Origin: a bacterium
Lineage (GTDB): Bacteria; Patescibacteriota; Minisyncoccia; Phycocordibacterales; CAIZLB01
Reading direction: 5' to 3'
Assembly (NCBI GenBank): GCA_043718245.1
Contig: JAYSWB010000042.1
Coordinates: forward strand, 1-39,441
DNA: 39,441 nucleotides
Position numbers and translations under genes: made by a program. A model generated the notes under the pieces. The model saw only the letters and a list, made by a program, of their open reading frames with translations, searched no databases and had not been told where the DNA came from. This document shows, in pieces, positions 1 to 9,649 of the stretch. Within the stretch, counting starts at the first letter, position 1. Every line of letters begins with the position of its first letter.

Positions 1-79
1 TGGCACAGCATCATGGATTACGCAAAGACCGAAGGTACAAAGTAATCTCTGAATTACTTAACAAGAGTTAATTTAGCAC

Positions 80-415
80 CTAGAAATCGCCTTTACTCCG
101 CATTTTTCCGCATACTTCGCGGACTGCTAATGGGGACAATGCTTCTGTGGTGGATTTTAATAAGTCACCTGCGACGACAAAGCCCATGCAGGCTTCAATT
201 TTGACTTTGCAGAATGTGCAGTGACGTTCGGTGGCAGAAGCAACGTGCTCTTGACACTTGCCGACATGCGAACAGTGACGGTGATTTTTGTGATCAGGGC
301 AAAAAAGGTGGAGTAAGGAACCGCCCTTAGCCTCAGGCGCTAGGGTAAGGAGATTTCTCGGAGTCAGACGTGTGCATGAGCAGCACTTTGCAGAATTTGG
401 AATTGTTGTATTCAT
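80..415 (-). CDS. hypothetical Cys/His-rich protein (possible metal binding)
   Basis: 111-aa ORF inside the GC-rich left flank. Clusters CCSC, CPDHKNHRHC, HCTFC. No SD and no family recognised. Confidence 0.3.
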   Translation of the reverse strand: MNTTIPNSAKCCSCTRLTPRNLLTLAPEAKGGSLLHLFCPDHKNHRHCSHVGKCQEHVASATERHCTFCKVKIEACMGFVVAGDLLKSTTEALSPLAVREVCGKMRSKGDF

Positions 416-486
416 GAGAGTATTTATTTTTTTGGTTTTGTTCAGGGCCTGATCTAGGATATATGTAAAAATTGTTTGTGTAAAGA

Positions 487-524
487 TAAAAAAACCGCCC
501 CAACCAAGAAAAGCGCCGGGGCGG
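487..524 (-). terminator. intrinsic terminator of 530..955
   Basis: Stem CCGCCCC (495-501) / GGGGCGG (518-524). The A-run 487-494 is a T-run on the minus strand. Starts 6 nt after the stop codon. Confidence 0.7.
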
Positions 525-529
525 TTTTC

Positions 530-955
530 TTAGTGACACGGTGACCATTCGGGTGGTGCTGGAAAGACACAATTGGCAAGCGTTGATTGTCCTCGCCAGG
601 AAAGTCCGCCGGTGGTGTTCTCCGAAATCTCGAACGTAAATCGACTTAGGGGGAACATTAACACTGCTCCATTTGTCGAAAGTCTGATCGGCTTCGGTTC
701 AAACTGTCTCCACAAGGCATCCTCTGGCTTTCCAGTTATCCGCCTAGTTGCAAGCCATACCATGTCGAACTCGACAATATCTTCCGAAAGGGAATGTGTC
801 ATGATGCACCCAATCGTGCTTGTCCAAGCTCCCGGTGTTTTCTGTAGTATGGTGAGAATACCTCCCGAAACGAGCGGACTGTCTAGCATGGTTGCCCAAT
901 CGGATTCAACGGCGCCGTCTTGATTTTTCCATCGACTTCTTCTACGGAGTTTCAT
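530..955 (-). CDS. hypothetical protein
   Basis: 141-aa ORF with a strong SD AAGGAGG (reverse complement of 961-967) 5 nt before the ATG, and its own terminator. No family recognised. Confidence 0.6.
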   Translation of the reverse strand: MKLRRRSRWKNQDGAVESDWATMLDSPLVSGGILTILQKTPGAWTSTIGCIMTHSLSEDIVEFDMVWLATRRITGKPEDALWRQFEPKPIRLSTNGAVLMFPLSRFTFEISENTTGGLSWRGQSTLANCVFPAPPEWSPCH

Positions 956-1024
956 TTATACCTCCTTGTTAAAGTTACTGTTGTTTAGGCAATGATGACA
1001 TTTCTGTTTATTAAGTCAAATACG

Positions 1025-1055
1025 AAAAAAGCCGCCGGATTTGGGCCCGGCGGCT
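1025..1055 (-). terminator. intrinsic terminator of 1074..1457
   Basis: Stem GCCGCCGG (1031-1038) / CCGGCGGC (1048-1055), preceded on plus by the A-run 1025-1030 (T-run on minus). Confidence 0.7.
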
Positions 1056-1073
1056 TTGGGATTGTGGTGGGTT

Positions 1074-1457
1074 TTACACCGTTTGTGCCACCTGCCGTTC
1101 GATGCTGTGTTCTTCGGGCAGTATGGCCCAATGGACGAACTCGCCGATGTCGAACCGGAGTTCGCCGGTGTAGGGCCTGACGCCCTGTAGGTTTGCTGGG
1201 ATTTTGACTCTCCACGAAGAATCGCCTTCGAGCCACTCATCTCCATTCTCGCTTCCGGTGCTGCTGCGATAGTAGCACTGACCGATCGTGATAAGGACGC
1301 CGTCCTTGAGGTCATCGATTCCGATGATTTTTCCCCTGCGGGAAGTTCCATTCACACGCGACAGAAAGTCGCGCCCGATCAATGACTGGATGACATCCTT
1401 TCCTGTAACTTTTTGCGGTTTTGGGGTGTTTGACAGGGAGTTGTTCGCTTCGCTCAT
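1074..1457 (-). CDS. hypothetical protein
   Basis: 127-aa ORF in the GC-rich flank, with a purine-rich upstream region and its own terminator. No family recognised. Confidence 0.5.
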   Translation of the reverse strand: MSEANNSLSNTPKPQKVTGKDVIQSLIGRDFLSRVNGTSRRGKIIGIDDLKDGVLITIGQCYYRSSTGSENGDEWLEGDSSWRVKIPANLQGVRPYTGELRFDIGEFVHWAILPEEHSIERQVAQTV

Positions 1458-1505
1458 TCTTTGCTTTTTTCTTTAGGGTTTGGTGATGCTCCCGCCACTT
1501 TCATA

Positions 1506-1547
1506 GCTGCATCTTTTAGCACACTTAAATGTGTTAAAAGATGCAGC
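1506..1547. repeat. 42-nt inverted repeat (hairpin) at the GC-composition boundary
   Basis: GCTGCATCTTTTA (1506-1518) is the exact reverse complement of TAAAAGATGCAGC (1535-1547). The inner pairs GCACA/TGTGT extend the stem to about 18 bp with a 6-nt loop. Confidence 0.85.
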
Positions 1548-1630
1548 CAGACTCAAAGAACTTTTACATACTATAAATTAGAAATACTGTTTAGTCAAAT
1601 ACAAAATCATAAGTTATAATACTCATACAA

Positions 1631-4600
1631 ATGGCAAATATTTTCGAAGAAAGACTTAAAAACTTGAACACTGCCCAAAGAAAAGCGGTAGCCACCATCG
1701 ATGGTCCGGTTCTTGTAATCGCCGGTCCCGGATCTGGAAAGACTGAAATTTTATCCCTAAGAGTTGCAGAAATTCTTCAGAAAACCCAAGTCCTGCCATC
1801 GCAGATATTATGCTTAACCTTTACCGATTCTGCCTCCTTAAACATGCGAGACAGACTTTCAAAGATTATTGGAGATGAAGCATATCGTGTTTCCATCCAT
1901 ACTTTTCATAATTTTTGTGTGAGTATTATTAACCGCTATCCAGAATATTTTTACAAAGGCATTCCGTTTAATGCAGTAGACCCAGTTACACAGTCGGAAA
2001 TCCTGCAATCTATTGTTGAAAGTTTAGAAAAAGACAATCCATTTAGAAGTGTGAAGCCTGACGGCAGTTATGTTTATTTGTCTGCAATAAATATGGCGAT
2101 TCAGTCACTTAAAAAGGATGGAAAAAGCCCGCAAGAATTTAGAGTGATACTTGAAAAAAACAAAAGCGATATAGAAAAAATAAATAAAGTAGTGGATCAG
2201 ATCTTTGGTGAAGGCAGGATTTCTAAGAAAACTTTGGAAATTGCACTTACTATTAAAATAAAAAAGACGGATGAAAATACTCTTGAAAATGTTGTAATGC
2301 AATCTTTGGAGCGGGCTATTAACGATGCTCACACCGAAGACAGTACTAAGCCCCTGACCGAATGGAAAAATAATTACTTGAAAGCAGATGGAGAAGGGAA
2401 TTTGCTTCTCAAAGAATCCCTGTACCAAGACAAAATGTTTGCTCTTGCTGATGTTTATGAAGCCTACCGAAAAACTATGCACGACAGTGCGCTATACGAT
2501 TTCGATGACATGATTTTAGACGTGATCGAAGCTTTGAAAAAACACAAAGGACTGCTCACTGAACTTCAGGAGCAATTTCAATATATTTTGATTGATGAGT
2601 TTCAAGATACAAACAACGCGCAGATGACAATCGTAAACATGATTGCAAGTGCTCCTGTAAACGAAGGTCGCCCGAACGTGATGGTGGTGGGTGATGATGA
2701 TCAAGCTGTTTACCGTTTTCAGGGTGCTGAAGTTTCAAACATCATTAATTTCAAAAAAATGTTTAAGGATGTGGAAATAGTCACGATGACCGAAAACTAT
2801 AGATCAACGCAGGACATTCTTGACGTGGCATCACATGTCATAAAAAAAGGGACGGTGAGGCTCGCAGATAAGGAGCTAATATCCCAAAATAAAGAGCTTA
2901 AAAAGGGCAATATTCACCATATTCAGTTACCCTCGTCTTCACACGAATGTCACTATATTTCGCGCGAAATTAAGCGTTTAATCGACAATGGGACGAAGCC
3001 TGGGGATATTGCTGTTATTGCTCGTAAACACGAGTTTTTGGAGAATTTAGTACCTTTTATGAAAGGAGCAAAGGTTCCTGTGAAATATGACCGCGAGCAG
3101 AATGTTTTGGAGGAGCCTCATGTTAAAGAACTGATTACTATGTCGCGATATATTTATTCTTTGGTCAATAATGACAGCACAGTTGATGAGTCACTATTGC
3201 CCCAGATTTTATCTTTTGGTTTTTGGGAAATACCTAGATTAGAGATTTTTAAGTTAGCAGCCGAAGCTCGGATGAAAAGGTATGATGACGATTTTAAGTA
3301 TTTAAACTTGGTTTTGAATTCTTCTAATGCAAAAATAAAGGCAATAGGGGATTTTTTAGTTGAACTTTCACAATTAGCACAAAATGAACCGGCAGAAAGA
3401 ATATTGGACTTGATGATCGGTGCGCATGTGCCACTTCTACCAGAAAGTGAGGATGAAGAGATCGAGGAAGAATTTCCGATAGCAGACTTTACAAGCACAT
3501 TTAAACAATATTATTTCAACAATAAAAAGCGTACTCACAAAACAGCTGAATATTTAACATTTCTTTCTGGACTTAGAATTTTCATTCGAGCACTTCGAGA
3601 TTTTAGAAACGGAGTAGACGTAAAAATAAAAGATCTAATCGAATTTGTAAATGTTCACGAGAAGAATAATTTATCATTGAATGACTCGAGCCCATTTAGT
3701 AATGCGCTTGATGCAGTTCGTCTTCTCACCTCACACAAAGCCAAGGGGTTAGAATTCGATACCGTTTTTGTTATGTCATGCCAGAACGAAGTTTGGGCAG
3801 GTCGTGGTCGCGGACACATCCTGCCAATGCCGGTTAACCTACCAATCTATCCAGCAGGAGATAATGAGGATGACAAACTCCGTCTCTTTTACGTCGCATT
3901 AACCCGAGCCAAGAGAAACTTATACTTAACCTCATATCTACAAACCGATACTGGCAAGGATTCAAATATTCTAAGCTACCTAGTCGACAACGAAAATTTA
4001 AAGCCTTCTCACCCAAAACCAAACGAATATGCGGATGCGAATTCCCCGAGCCACCATGAAGTTCTAACGGCTTCGTGGACGAACTACTTAACTGCTCCAT
4101 TTTTAAATGAGGAGAGGGCACTTTTGAAGTCGTTATTAGAAAACTATAAACTGTCAGTGACTCATCTTCGAAATTTTACTAATGTTGAGCGTGGCGGGCC
4201 GCAATTATTTATTGAGCAAAACCTATTACGATTTCCGCAAGCAAAAACAACATCCAGTGCCTTTGGTACCGCTATTCACCATGCGCTTGATCAATATGTC
4301 TTAAAATTGAAAACCGACAAAAAACCAACAGAAGATTTCGTGATCGATTGCTTTATCAAGGCACTTAAAAAAGAGAGGTTATCAAATAAGGATTTTAAGG
4401 AACTTTCTAAAAAAGGAACAGATTGTCTCACTTTGTTTTTGAAAGATAGAGAGTTTTCACCCAAAGACATGACAGAAGTAGACTTTAAAGACCAAAATGT
4501 AATTATCGACGGCGCACATTTGACCGGAAAAATTGACAGAATAGTTATAGATGGGAATAATGCGATCGTTCATGATTACAAAACTGGAAAGCTTGTGAAT

Positions 4601-4927
4601 TCATGGGATGACAAAGACGGGAAGTCAAAAATCTACGATTATAAAAAGCAATTGGTCTTTTATAAAATACTTATTGAAAATTCTAGAAACTACCGCCACC
4701 TAAAAATGACTCAAGGAGTAATCGATTTTATTGAAGCGAAAAATGGAAAGATGGTTTCGCTCACATTAAATATGGATGATCCTGAAATTATTGAATTGGA
4801 AGAGAGGGTGAAAAAGCTGGCGGTAATTGTATACAAGAAAATTGAAAATCTGGAATTTCCGGATATTACTGAGTATCCCAAGGACCTTAAAGGAATCCTT
4901 GCTTTTGAAGACAAACTATTAAACTAG
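1631..4927 (+). CDS. UvrD/PcrA-family SF1 helicase fused to a C-terminal PD-(D/E)XK (RecB/AddA-type) nuclease
   Basis: Helicase motifs: GPGSGKT, TFTDSA, LIDEFQDTN, VGDDDQAVYRFQGA, ENYRST, SHKAKGLEFD, YVALTRAK. C-terminal nuclease motifs: IDRIV...VHDYKTGK...QLVFYK. Confidence 0.85.
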   Translation: MANIFEERLKNLNTAQRKAVATIDGPVLVIAGPGSGKTEILSLRVAEILQKTQVLPSQILCLTFTDSASLNMRDRLSKIIGDEAYRVSIHTFHNFCVSIINRYPEYFYKGIPFNAVDPVTQSEILQSIVESLEKDNPFRSVKPDGSYVYLSAINMAIQSLKKDGKSPQEFRVILEKNKSDIEKINKVVDQIFGEGRISKKTLEIALTIKIKKTDENTLENVVMQSLERAINDAHTEDSTKPLTEWKNNYLKADGEGNLLLKESLYQDKMFALADVYEAYRKTMHDSALYDFDDMILDVIEALKKHKGLLTELQEQFQYILIDEFQDTNNAQMTIVNMIASAPVNEGRPNVMVVGDDDQAVYRFQGAEVSNIINFKKMFKDVEIVTMTENYRSTQDILDVASHVIKKGTVRLADKELISQNKELKKGNIHHIQLPSSSHECHYISREIKRLIDNGTKPGDIAVIARKHEFLENLVPFMKGAKVPVKYDREQNVLEEPHVKELITMSRYIYSLVNNDSTVDESLLPQILSFGFWEIPRLEIFKLAAEARMKRYDDDFKYLNLVLNSSNAKIKAIGDFLVELSQLAQNEPAERILDLMIGAHVPLLPESEDEEIEEEFPIADFTSTFKQYYFNNKKRTHKTAEYLTFLSGLRIFIRALRDFRNGVDVKIKDLIEFVNVHEKNNLSLNDSSPFSNALDAVRLLTSHKAKGLEFDTVFVMSCQNEVWAGRGRGHILPMPVNLPIYPAGDNEDDKLRLFYVALTRAKRNLYLTSYLQTDTGKDSNILSYLVDNENLKPSHPKPNEYADANSPSHHEVLTASWTNYLTAPFLNEERALLKSLLENYKLSVTHLRNFTNVERGGPQLFIEQNLLRFPQAKTTSSAFGTAIHHALDQYVLKLKTDKKPTEDFVIDCFIKALKKERLSNKDFKELSKKGTDCLTLFLKDREFSPKDMTEVDFKDQNVIIDGAHLTGKIDRIVIDGNNAIVHDYKTGKLVNSWDDKDGKSKIYDYKKQLVFYKILIENSRNYRHLKMTQGVIDFIEAKNGKMVSLTLNMDDPEIIELEERVKKLAVIVYKKIENLEFPDITEYPKDLKGILAFEDKLLN

Positions 4928-4943
4928 GCATATAATAATAAAT

Positions 4944-5792
4944 ATGGAAAACTCATCATATTTTGACCCTATCGATTTAATTTTGAGACTCAACTTTACG
5001 CCAAAGTTTATTTTTTTTACTGCACTTATTATCTTGGTGCTGAGTCTTCTTCTTTCAGCTCTGAAAAAGTTTCTCTCTACACGAACTCGTAGTCGAAGAC
5101 AACAGTCCAATGTCAATCTTTTTATTCGCTTGATAAAGTACGGTATATTTTTGGCACTGTTCCTTAGCATTTCTATTCACTATTCGACATCCTTTAAAGA
5201 TTTTAGTTTAGTTCTTGGTGCCCTTACCGCTGCGCTAGGTTTTGCTCTACAAAAACCTATTTCGTCTGTCGCGGCTTGGGTAATGCTTATTATTAAGCGA
5301 CCTTTTGATATAGGAGACAGAATTACAATTGATGGAGTCAAGGGAAACGTTATAGACATTTCGATTACACACATCCATTTGGAAGAAGTCGGCCGATATG
5401 GCGGAGAAGAAGTTTCTGGAAGAATCGTCATAATCCCTAATTCAATCCTTTTTGAAAAAAGTATTACGAATTATTCTTCAACCAGCGATTATATCTTGGG
5501 GCAAGTTATCTTAACTGTTTCATACGAGAGCAATGTAGATAAGGCTATATTAATTGCAATTGATTCTTCTAAAAAATATACTTATGAATATAGTAAAATT
5601 ATAGGCAAAGACCCCCATACACGCATTTCCTTTTCAAATAATGGAATGGAAATTCATGTCAGATATTATGTACCTTTTGATAGAGCTCAGGAAGTGGCGA
5701 CCAATATTACTAAGGAAATTTATGAGCAGATTCGTTTAACGGAGGATATTGAAATTTCGTATACCCATACGAAGGTGATATTGGATAAGTAA
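4944..5792 (+). CDS. MscS-family mechanosensitive channel
   Basis: N-terminal TM helices followed by PFDIGDRITIDGVKGNVIDISITHIHLEE, which is typical of the MscS beta domain. Confidence 0.8.
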   Translation: MENSSYFDPIDLILRLNFTPKFIFFTALIILVLSLLLSALKKFLSTRTRSRRQQSNVNLFIRLIKYGIFLALFLSISIHYSTSFKDFSLVLGALTAALGFALQKPISSVAAWVMLIIKRPFDIGDRITIDGVKGNVIDISITHIHLEEVGRYGGEEVSGRIVIIPNSILFEKSITNYSSTSDYILGQVILTVSYESNVDKAILIAIDSSKKYTYEYSKIIGKDPHTRISFSNNGMEIHVRYYVPFDRAQEVATNITKEIYEQIRLTEDIEISYTHTKVILDK

Positions 5793-5793
5793 C

Positions 5794-5842
5794 AAAAAAC
5801 CCGCCAATGACTAGGTTCTTTGTCGAAAGCCAGTCAGGCGGG
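5794..5842 (-). terminator. intrinsic terminator (minus strand)
   Basis: CCCGCC-aa-TGACT (5800-5812) pairs with AGTCA-GGCGGG (5832-5842). The A-run 5794-5799 is a T-run on minus. Confidence 0.6.
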
Positions 5843-5990
5843 TGATTGTAGACGAGTGCTTATGCGACTTGTCACTATTGTCATTCGAGATTGTCTCGAA
5901 AACGGTTCTGCCAGAACCAAGTAGTGCTAAGGTTAGCAACTCACCCAAGGGCACATCGAACGCGCCGCTGGAATCGGTTTTGGCAGAATA
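5843..5990. ncRNA. candidate structured RNA or structured 3' UTR (strand unresolved)
   Basis: GC-rich patch in an AT-rich intergenic gap. A 12-13 bp long-range helix joins TTCTGCCAGAACC (about 5907-5919) and GGTTTTGGCAGAA (about 5976-5988), enclosing smaller hairpins. No known RNA family motif seen. Confidence 0.25.
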
Positions 5991-6031
5991 TATAATTTTT
6001 TTGTACTGCCTTCTAATATTTTACCTCAAAC

Positions 6032-6769
6032 CTAAATTTTAGACAACTCTGCGATAATCTGAGTGATGGCAGGCAGTGGCAGTGCCCCGTAGCCGTTTCC
6101 ATTCGCGTCAACTAGAGGAACAAACTGGCCCTTCACCTCAACTACACTATATGGTGTACCCTGGGCACCCGCCTTGTTTCCGGCAGTTACCGCTTCTTTA
6201 ATTTTAGTGGCGTACTTTCCGCTATCTAAGCATGTCTTGAACTTTGCACTATCAAGATTAATAGCGCTTGCAAAGTCATATAACTTTGAAAGTTCAAGTT
6301 TGTTGTTTCCTGGAGAGTTTGCAAATAACTGATCTGCATATTTCCAAAAAGAATCATTTCCTCCGATCTCTGCAGCGCATTCAAATGCCTCTGATTCTTT
6401 TGGTGCTGTTGGGTGGAGTGACTCTAGGGGGAACATTCGGTAAACTATTGCCAAGTCACCAGCAGCTTTACGTTGTTCGTATAAAGTTTTTATAGTGTTG
6501 TGAAAGTTTTTACAAAATGGGCATTCAGGATCTGTGTATACAATTAATTTAACCTTTGCGTTGATTGATCCCAAGATATGATCTGCACTTGTAACAGGAG
6601 CGACTTCAATTTTTGGTCTTAAAGCATCCTCTGCTATGTTTGCCACGTTTGGTCCGCCATCGGCCGAGTTTTTATTTTGGCTAAAATAAATAGTTCCCGA
6701 AATCAAGACTCCGGCAATCACAATTGCGAGAGGCAGTATATATTGTTGAATGTTTTTCATAAGAGACAT
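6032..6769 (-). CDS. membrane-anchored DsbA-like thiol-disulfide oxidoreductase
   Basis: N-terminal TM helix, a CPFC active-site motif, and thioredoxin-fold length. Confidence 0.8.
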   Translation of the reverse strand: MSLMKNIQQYILPLAIVIAGVLISGTIYFSQNKNSADGGPNVANIAEDALRPKIEVAPVTSADHILGSINAKVKLIVYTDPECPFCKNFHNTIKTLYEQRKAAGDLAIVYRMFPLESLHPTAPKESEAFECAAEIGGNDSFWKYADQLFANSPGNNKLELSKLYDFASAINLDSAKFKTCLDSGKYATKIKEAVTAGNKAGAQGTPYSVVEVKGQFVPLVDANGNGYGALPLPAITQIIAELSKI

Positions 6770-6782
6770 TTTAGCACACTTT

Positions 6783-7358
6783 CTAAAAAGGCAAACTGAA
6801 AGTCATCTTTACTTCACTTTTCTTCTCCCAGTCGGTGGTATTTAAAGGTATGTCTCGAAACTCAAGGCCGTCTTTATACTTTAATTTTTTAAATTTTAAA
6901 GCGTATTCATAAATATCTTTCGTAATTTTAACGTCGTCAATACAGTATTTTATGATTTTATCGATTTCACCTTTTTTCCACCAATCGATGGCTTCGAGGC
7001 CGTGCCCACTTTTTGCAGTACCCAATGTTGCCTGTGCCACAAGGCCAAGTCCAACGCGGTGTCCTAATGAATTTTTAATCTCCTTTAAAATGTCGAGACT
7101 CTTAATTTTCGTCAAATCTCCGTTGTAATATTTGTTCAATAGGGGAATGTCGAAATGATCACCATTGAATGTCACTAACATCTCGGCCTTCTCAATGACA
7201 GGCCATAACTTTGGCAAATCTTCCTGAAGAAAGCTCGAGTATTCCCCAGTCTCACTGTCATAAATACACACAACCGAAATGTCGAGCATTTCTGGCTCTG
7301 CTTTACCTACTTCTTGAAAAGTATTTCTTGTTTCGATGTCCAGGAATATTTTTCTCAT
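6783..7358 (-). CDS. RNase H-fold DEDD 3'-5' exonuclease-like protein
   Basis: Acidic motifs IFLDIETRN, FNGDHFDIPLL and YCIDDV. Confidence 0.65.
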   Translation of the reverse strand: MRKIFLDIETRNTFQEVGKAEPEMLDISVVCIYDSETGEYSSFLQEDLPKLWPVIEKAEMLVTFNGDHFDIPLLNKYYNGDLTKIKSLDILKEIKNSLGHRVGLGLVAQATLGTAKSGHGLEAIDWWKKGEIDKIIKYCIDDVKITKDIYEYALKFKKLKYKDGLEFRDIPLNTTDWEKKSEVKMTFSLPF

Positions 7359-8254
7359 TATTCGAAAAGATATACAAGATAATTGTTTATGTCACGCTGC
7401 TCTAGGTCGTAAAAGTATTTTCCTTCATTTCGAAGTTTTGCTGCCAAATCTACCCCGACATATCTCCAGTGCCATGGTTCATATACGTAATATTTGTTAT
7501 TTGGTGGGTATGAAATAACAAATCCGTAACGGTAAGCATTATTTATAAGCCACGTGTATTCGGGACTCGTGACGAATTTGCTTAGGCTGTCGCCATTATC
7601 AGTAGTTGTAAAATCGATTGTGGTTCCAAGCTGGTGCTCCGAGTATCCTTGATCAGCAGAAAAAGTGTTAGCGGCCGTTGATCCATACGTCACCTTGTAG
7701 CTGGTTTTAAGCTGTTCTTGTTGCTTGAATGATCTATAAGCTGACAGAACTTTGAGATTTTTGCTTTCATACTTGGCTGCTTCAAGCATTCTTTGCAAAT
7801 AAGGCAAGACGTCGCTGTGGATTTGGAGTGGTCGCTCGGGGTTAGACAAGTACTCTGTGTTTATGAAAGAAAGCTTTGCAGGTATATAGTTTTCGTTCAA
7901 GAAATATACCTTCGAATATTTTTGAAGTAGTTGGGGATCTGTTTTACTGAGACGATCGAGAGTGCTCACTGTGTTGTTTACTTTTCCAATTTGTTCACCC
8001 AGCTCTGCGCTTTTGGTTTGCTGATTTATGTATAAATTTTCAATATTGGCAAGTCGTCCCATCAATTCCGTATTTTTATTTTCAGCATCTGTAATTTTAA
8101 AAATCAGGCTCCGTGTAGTCGACGCCATTTCGCTGATCAAAGCCTTACTCCTGTATTCACTTGCACCAATTGCTAGTGCAAAAAGGATTAATGTTCCGAG
8201 GGCTCCAAGAAGTGCTTTGCGAGATATTATGTGGTGAGTTGGTGATGGATTCAT
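7358..8254 (-). CDS. M15 (VanY-type) D-alanyl-D-alanine carboxypeptidase
   Basis: TM anchor plus SAYRSFKQQ, SEHQLGTTIDF and EPWHWRYVG motifs. Confidence 0.8.
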   Translation of the reverse strand: MNPSPTHHIISRKALLGALGTLILFALAIGASEYRSKALISEMASTTRSLIFKITDAENKNTELMGRLANIENLYINQQTKSAELGEQIGKVNNTVSTLDRLSKTDPQLLQKYSKVYFLNENYIPAKLSFINTEYLSNPERPLQIHSDVLPYLQRMLEAAKYESKNLKVLSAYRSFKQQEQLKTSYKVTYGSTAANTFSADQGYSEHQLGTTIDFTTTDNGDSLSKFVTSPEYTWLINNAYRYGFVISYPPNNKYYVYEPWHWRYVGVDLAAKLRNEGKYFYDLEQRDINNYLVYLFE

Positions 8255-8256
8255 TA

Positions 8257-9561
8257 TTATTTTACAAAGTTAATAATTTTAGCTGTTTCTGAAAGGGTTG
8301 TGGTAATTTCGGCACCGTCAGATAGACGCTTGATATTAAAGGCAGTACCTTCTGCTTCAACCGGTCCAACTACAATGATATATGGAATAGATTGTTTGTC
8401 TGCCGATTTGATCTGGTCACCAATTTTCTTTTCTGAGTAATTTATAGCCACGTTCATTCCACCTTTTCGAAGACTTTCGGCAATTAAGTTTGCAGCTTCG
8501 TTAAAATCGCTATCCATGATGCAAATCATTATTTCAGTTGACGATTTGTATATTGGTAGAAGGTTGTGAACTTCTAAGAAATCTCGCATTGTTACGTCAC
8601 CGAGTCCAAACCCAACTGTGGGAACTTTTTCTTCACCGAAAATTTGGAGTAAGTCATCGTAGCGACCTCCACCAAAGAGCGAGCGGTTGTTCTTAGGGTT
8701 TGTGTCAAATACTTCAAAGACAATTCCGGTGTAATAGTCGAAGCCTCGAATGATTGTCTCATCGTATTCCACATTGGTGATGCCGCGTTTTTTTAGCGTC
8801 TCGATAACAATGTCGAGCTCCTGCTTAGCCTCACGAATATTAGGAATTGACATGGCTTCTTCGTATTCGTCACTTTTCTTGCCAAGGTTCAGGAATTTGA
8901 AAGCCTTTCCAACAATTTTCTCTGCTTCGGTATCAAAATCTTCTTGTGGCATCTTGGCTTTTTTATCTATCAGTTTTTGCATTCGCAGTGATTGATCGTC
9001 GTTGAACTCGTACCAGCTGGAGAAAAGGGAATTCAAAAGTTTTCTGCTTGAGATTTTTATGACAAAGTCAGAGGCCGACGCGCCGAACTCTTTTAATAGA
9101 GCGTCGGCCATGCTGATGATTTCAATATCTGCTTCTACTGATGAAATACCAAAAACATCAACATTTAATTGCCAGTGTTCGCGGAGGCGGCCTCTTTGAG
9201 GTCTCTCGTATCTAAATAAATTGGGGATTGAATACCAACGGGCGGGGAAGCCAAGGTCACGTTTTTTGGCTGCTATCATGCGCGCCACCGTTGGAGTCAT
9301 TTCTGGACGCAATGTGACACTGCGATCTCCTCTGTCCACAAATGAATAAGTCTGCTCGTTTATCATTTCTTCTCCAGATTTTGCACGATATAGCTCACTT
9401 GGTTCAATTATAGAGGCGTCATATCGATTGTAGCCGAATTTCTCAGTCACTTTTGACCATTTATCGAATATGTATTTCTGAACTGCCTGATCTTCTGGGT
9501 AAAAATCCCTGACCCCTTTATAGCTGTCTGTTGATAGTTTAGTGCTTTTAGGCGCTTTCAT
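8257..9561 (-). CDS. hisS: histidine--tRNA ligase
   Basis: GVRDFYPED, LRPEMTPTVAR and FRYERPQRGRLREHWQ class II motifs, with a C-terminal anticodon-binding region. Confidence 0.9.
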   Translation of the reverse strand: MKAPKSTKLSTDSYKGVRDFYPEDQAVQKYIFDKWSKVTEKFGYNRYDASIIEPSELYRAKSGEEMINEQTYSFVDRGDRSVTLRPEMTPTVARMIAAKKRDLGFPARWYSIPNLFRYERPQRGRLREHWQLNVDVFGISSVEADIEIISMADALLKEFGASASDFVIKISSRKLLNSLFSSWYEFNDDQSLRMQKLIDKKAKMPQEDFDTEAEKIVGKAFKFLNLGKKSDEYEEAMSIPNIREAKQELDIVIETLKKRGITNVEYDETIIRGFDYYTGIVFEVFDTNPKNNRSLFGGGRYDDLLQIFGEEKVPTVGFGLGDVTMRDFLEVHNLLPIYKSSTEIMICIMDSDFNEAANLIAESLRKGGMNVAINYSEKKIGDQIKSADKQSIPYIIVVGPVEAEGTAFNIKRLSDGAEITTTLSETAKIINFVK

Positions 9562-9649
9562 AGGGATTATTGTAACGTAATTGGAAAGTTAAAACAATAT
9601 TAAGGTTTTCTTTACTTTTTCTTCATGTCTACCATTTAGACTTTACATT

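Noticed and set aside
49-61. 13-bp inverted match between the window ends: CTGAATTACTTAA at 49-61 and its reverse complement at 39337-39349.
   Set aside because: The match does not extend beyond 13 bp, is AT-rich, and is not at the very termini. It is compatible with chance and is insufficient to call terminal inverted repeats or circularity.
573-923. Long ORFs antisense to or nested in confident genes (e.g. 573..923+, 2105..2482-, 3154..3498-, 15057..15518+, 16106..16585+, 18895..19347+, 25754..26065+, 33873..34304-, 35520..35894-).
   Set aside because: Each lies opposite a gene with clear family motifs or expression signals. They have low-complexity or biased composition and no start signals of their own, so they are treated as shadow ORFs.
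5842-6042. 66-aa ORF 5842..6042(+) and 88-aa ORF 37629..37895(-) in intergenic regions.
   Set aside because: Neither has a start context, promoter or recognisable domain. The first overlaps the structured GC-rich segment, and the second overlaps the start of the HAD gene.
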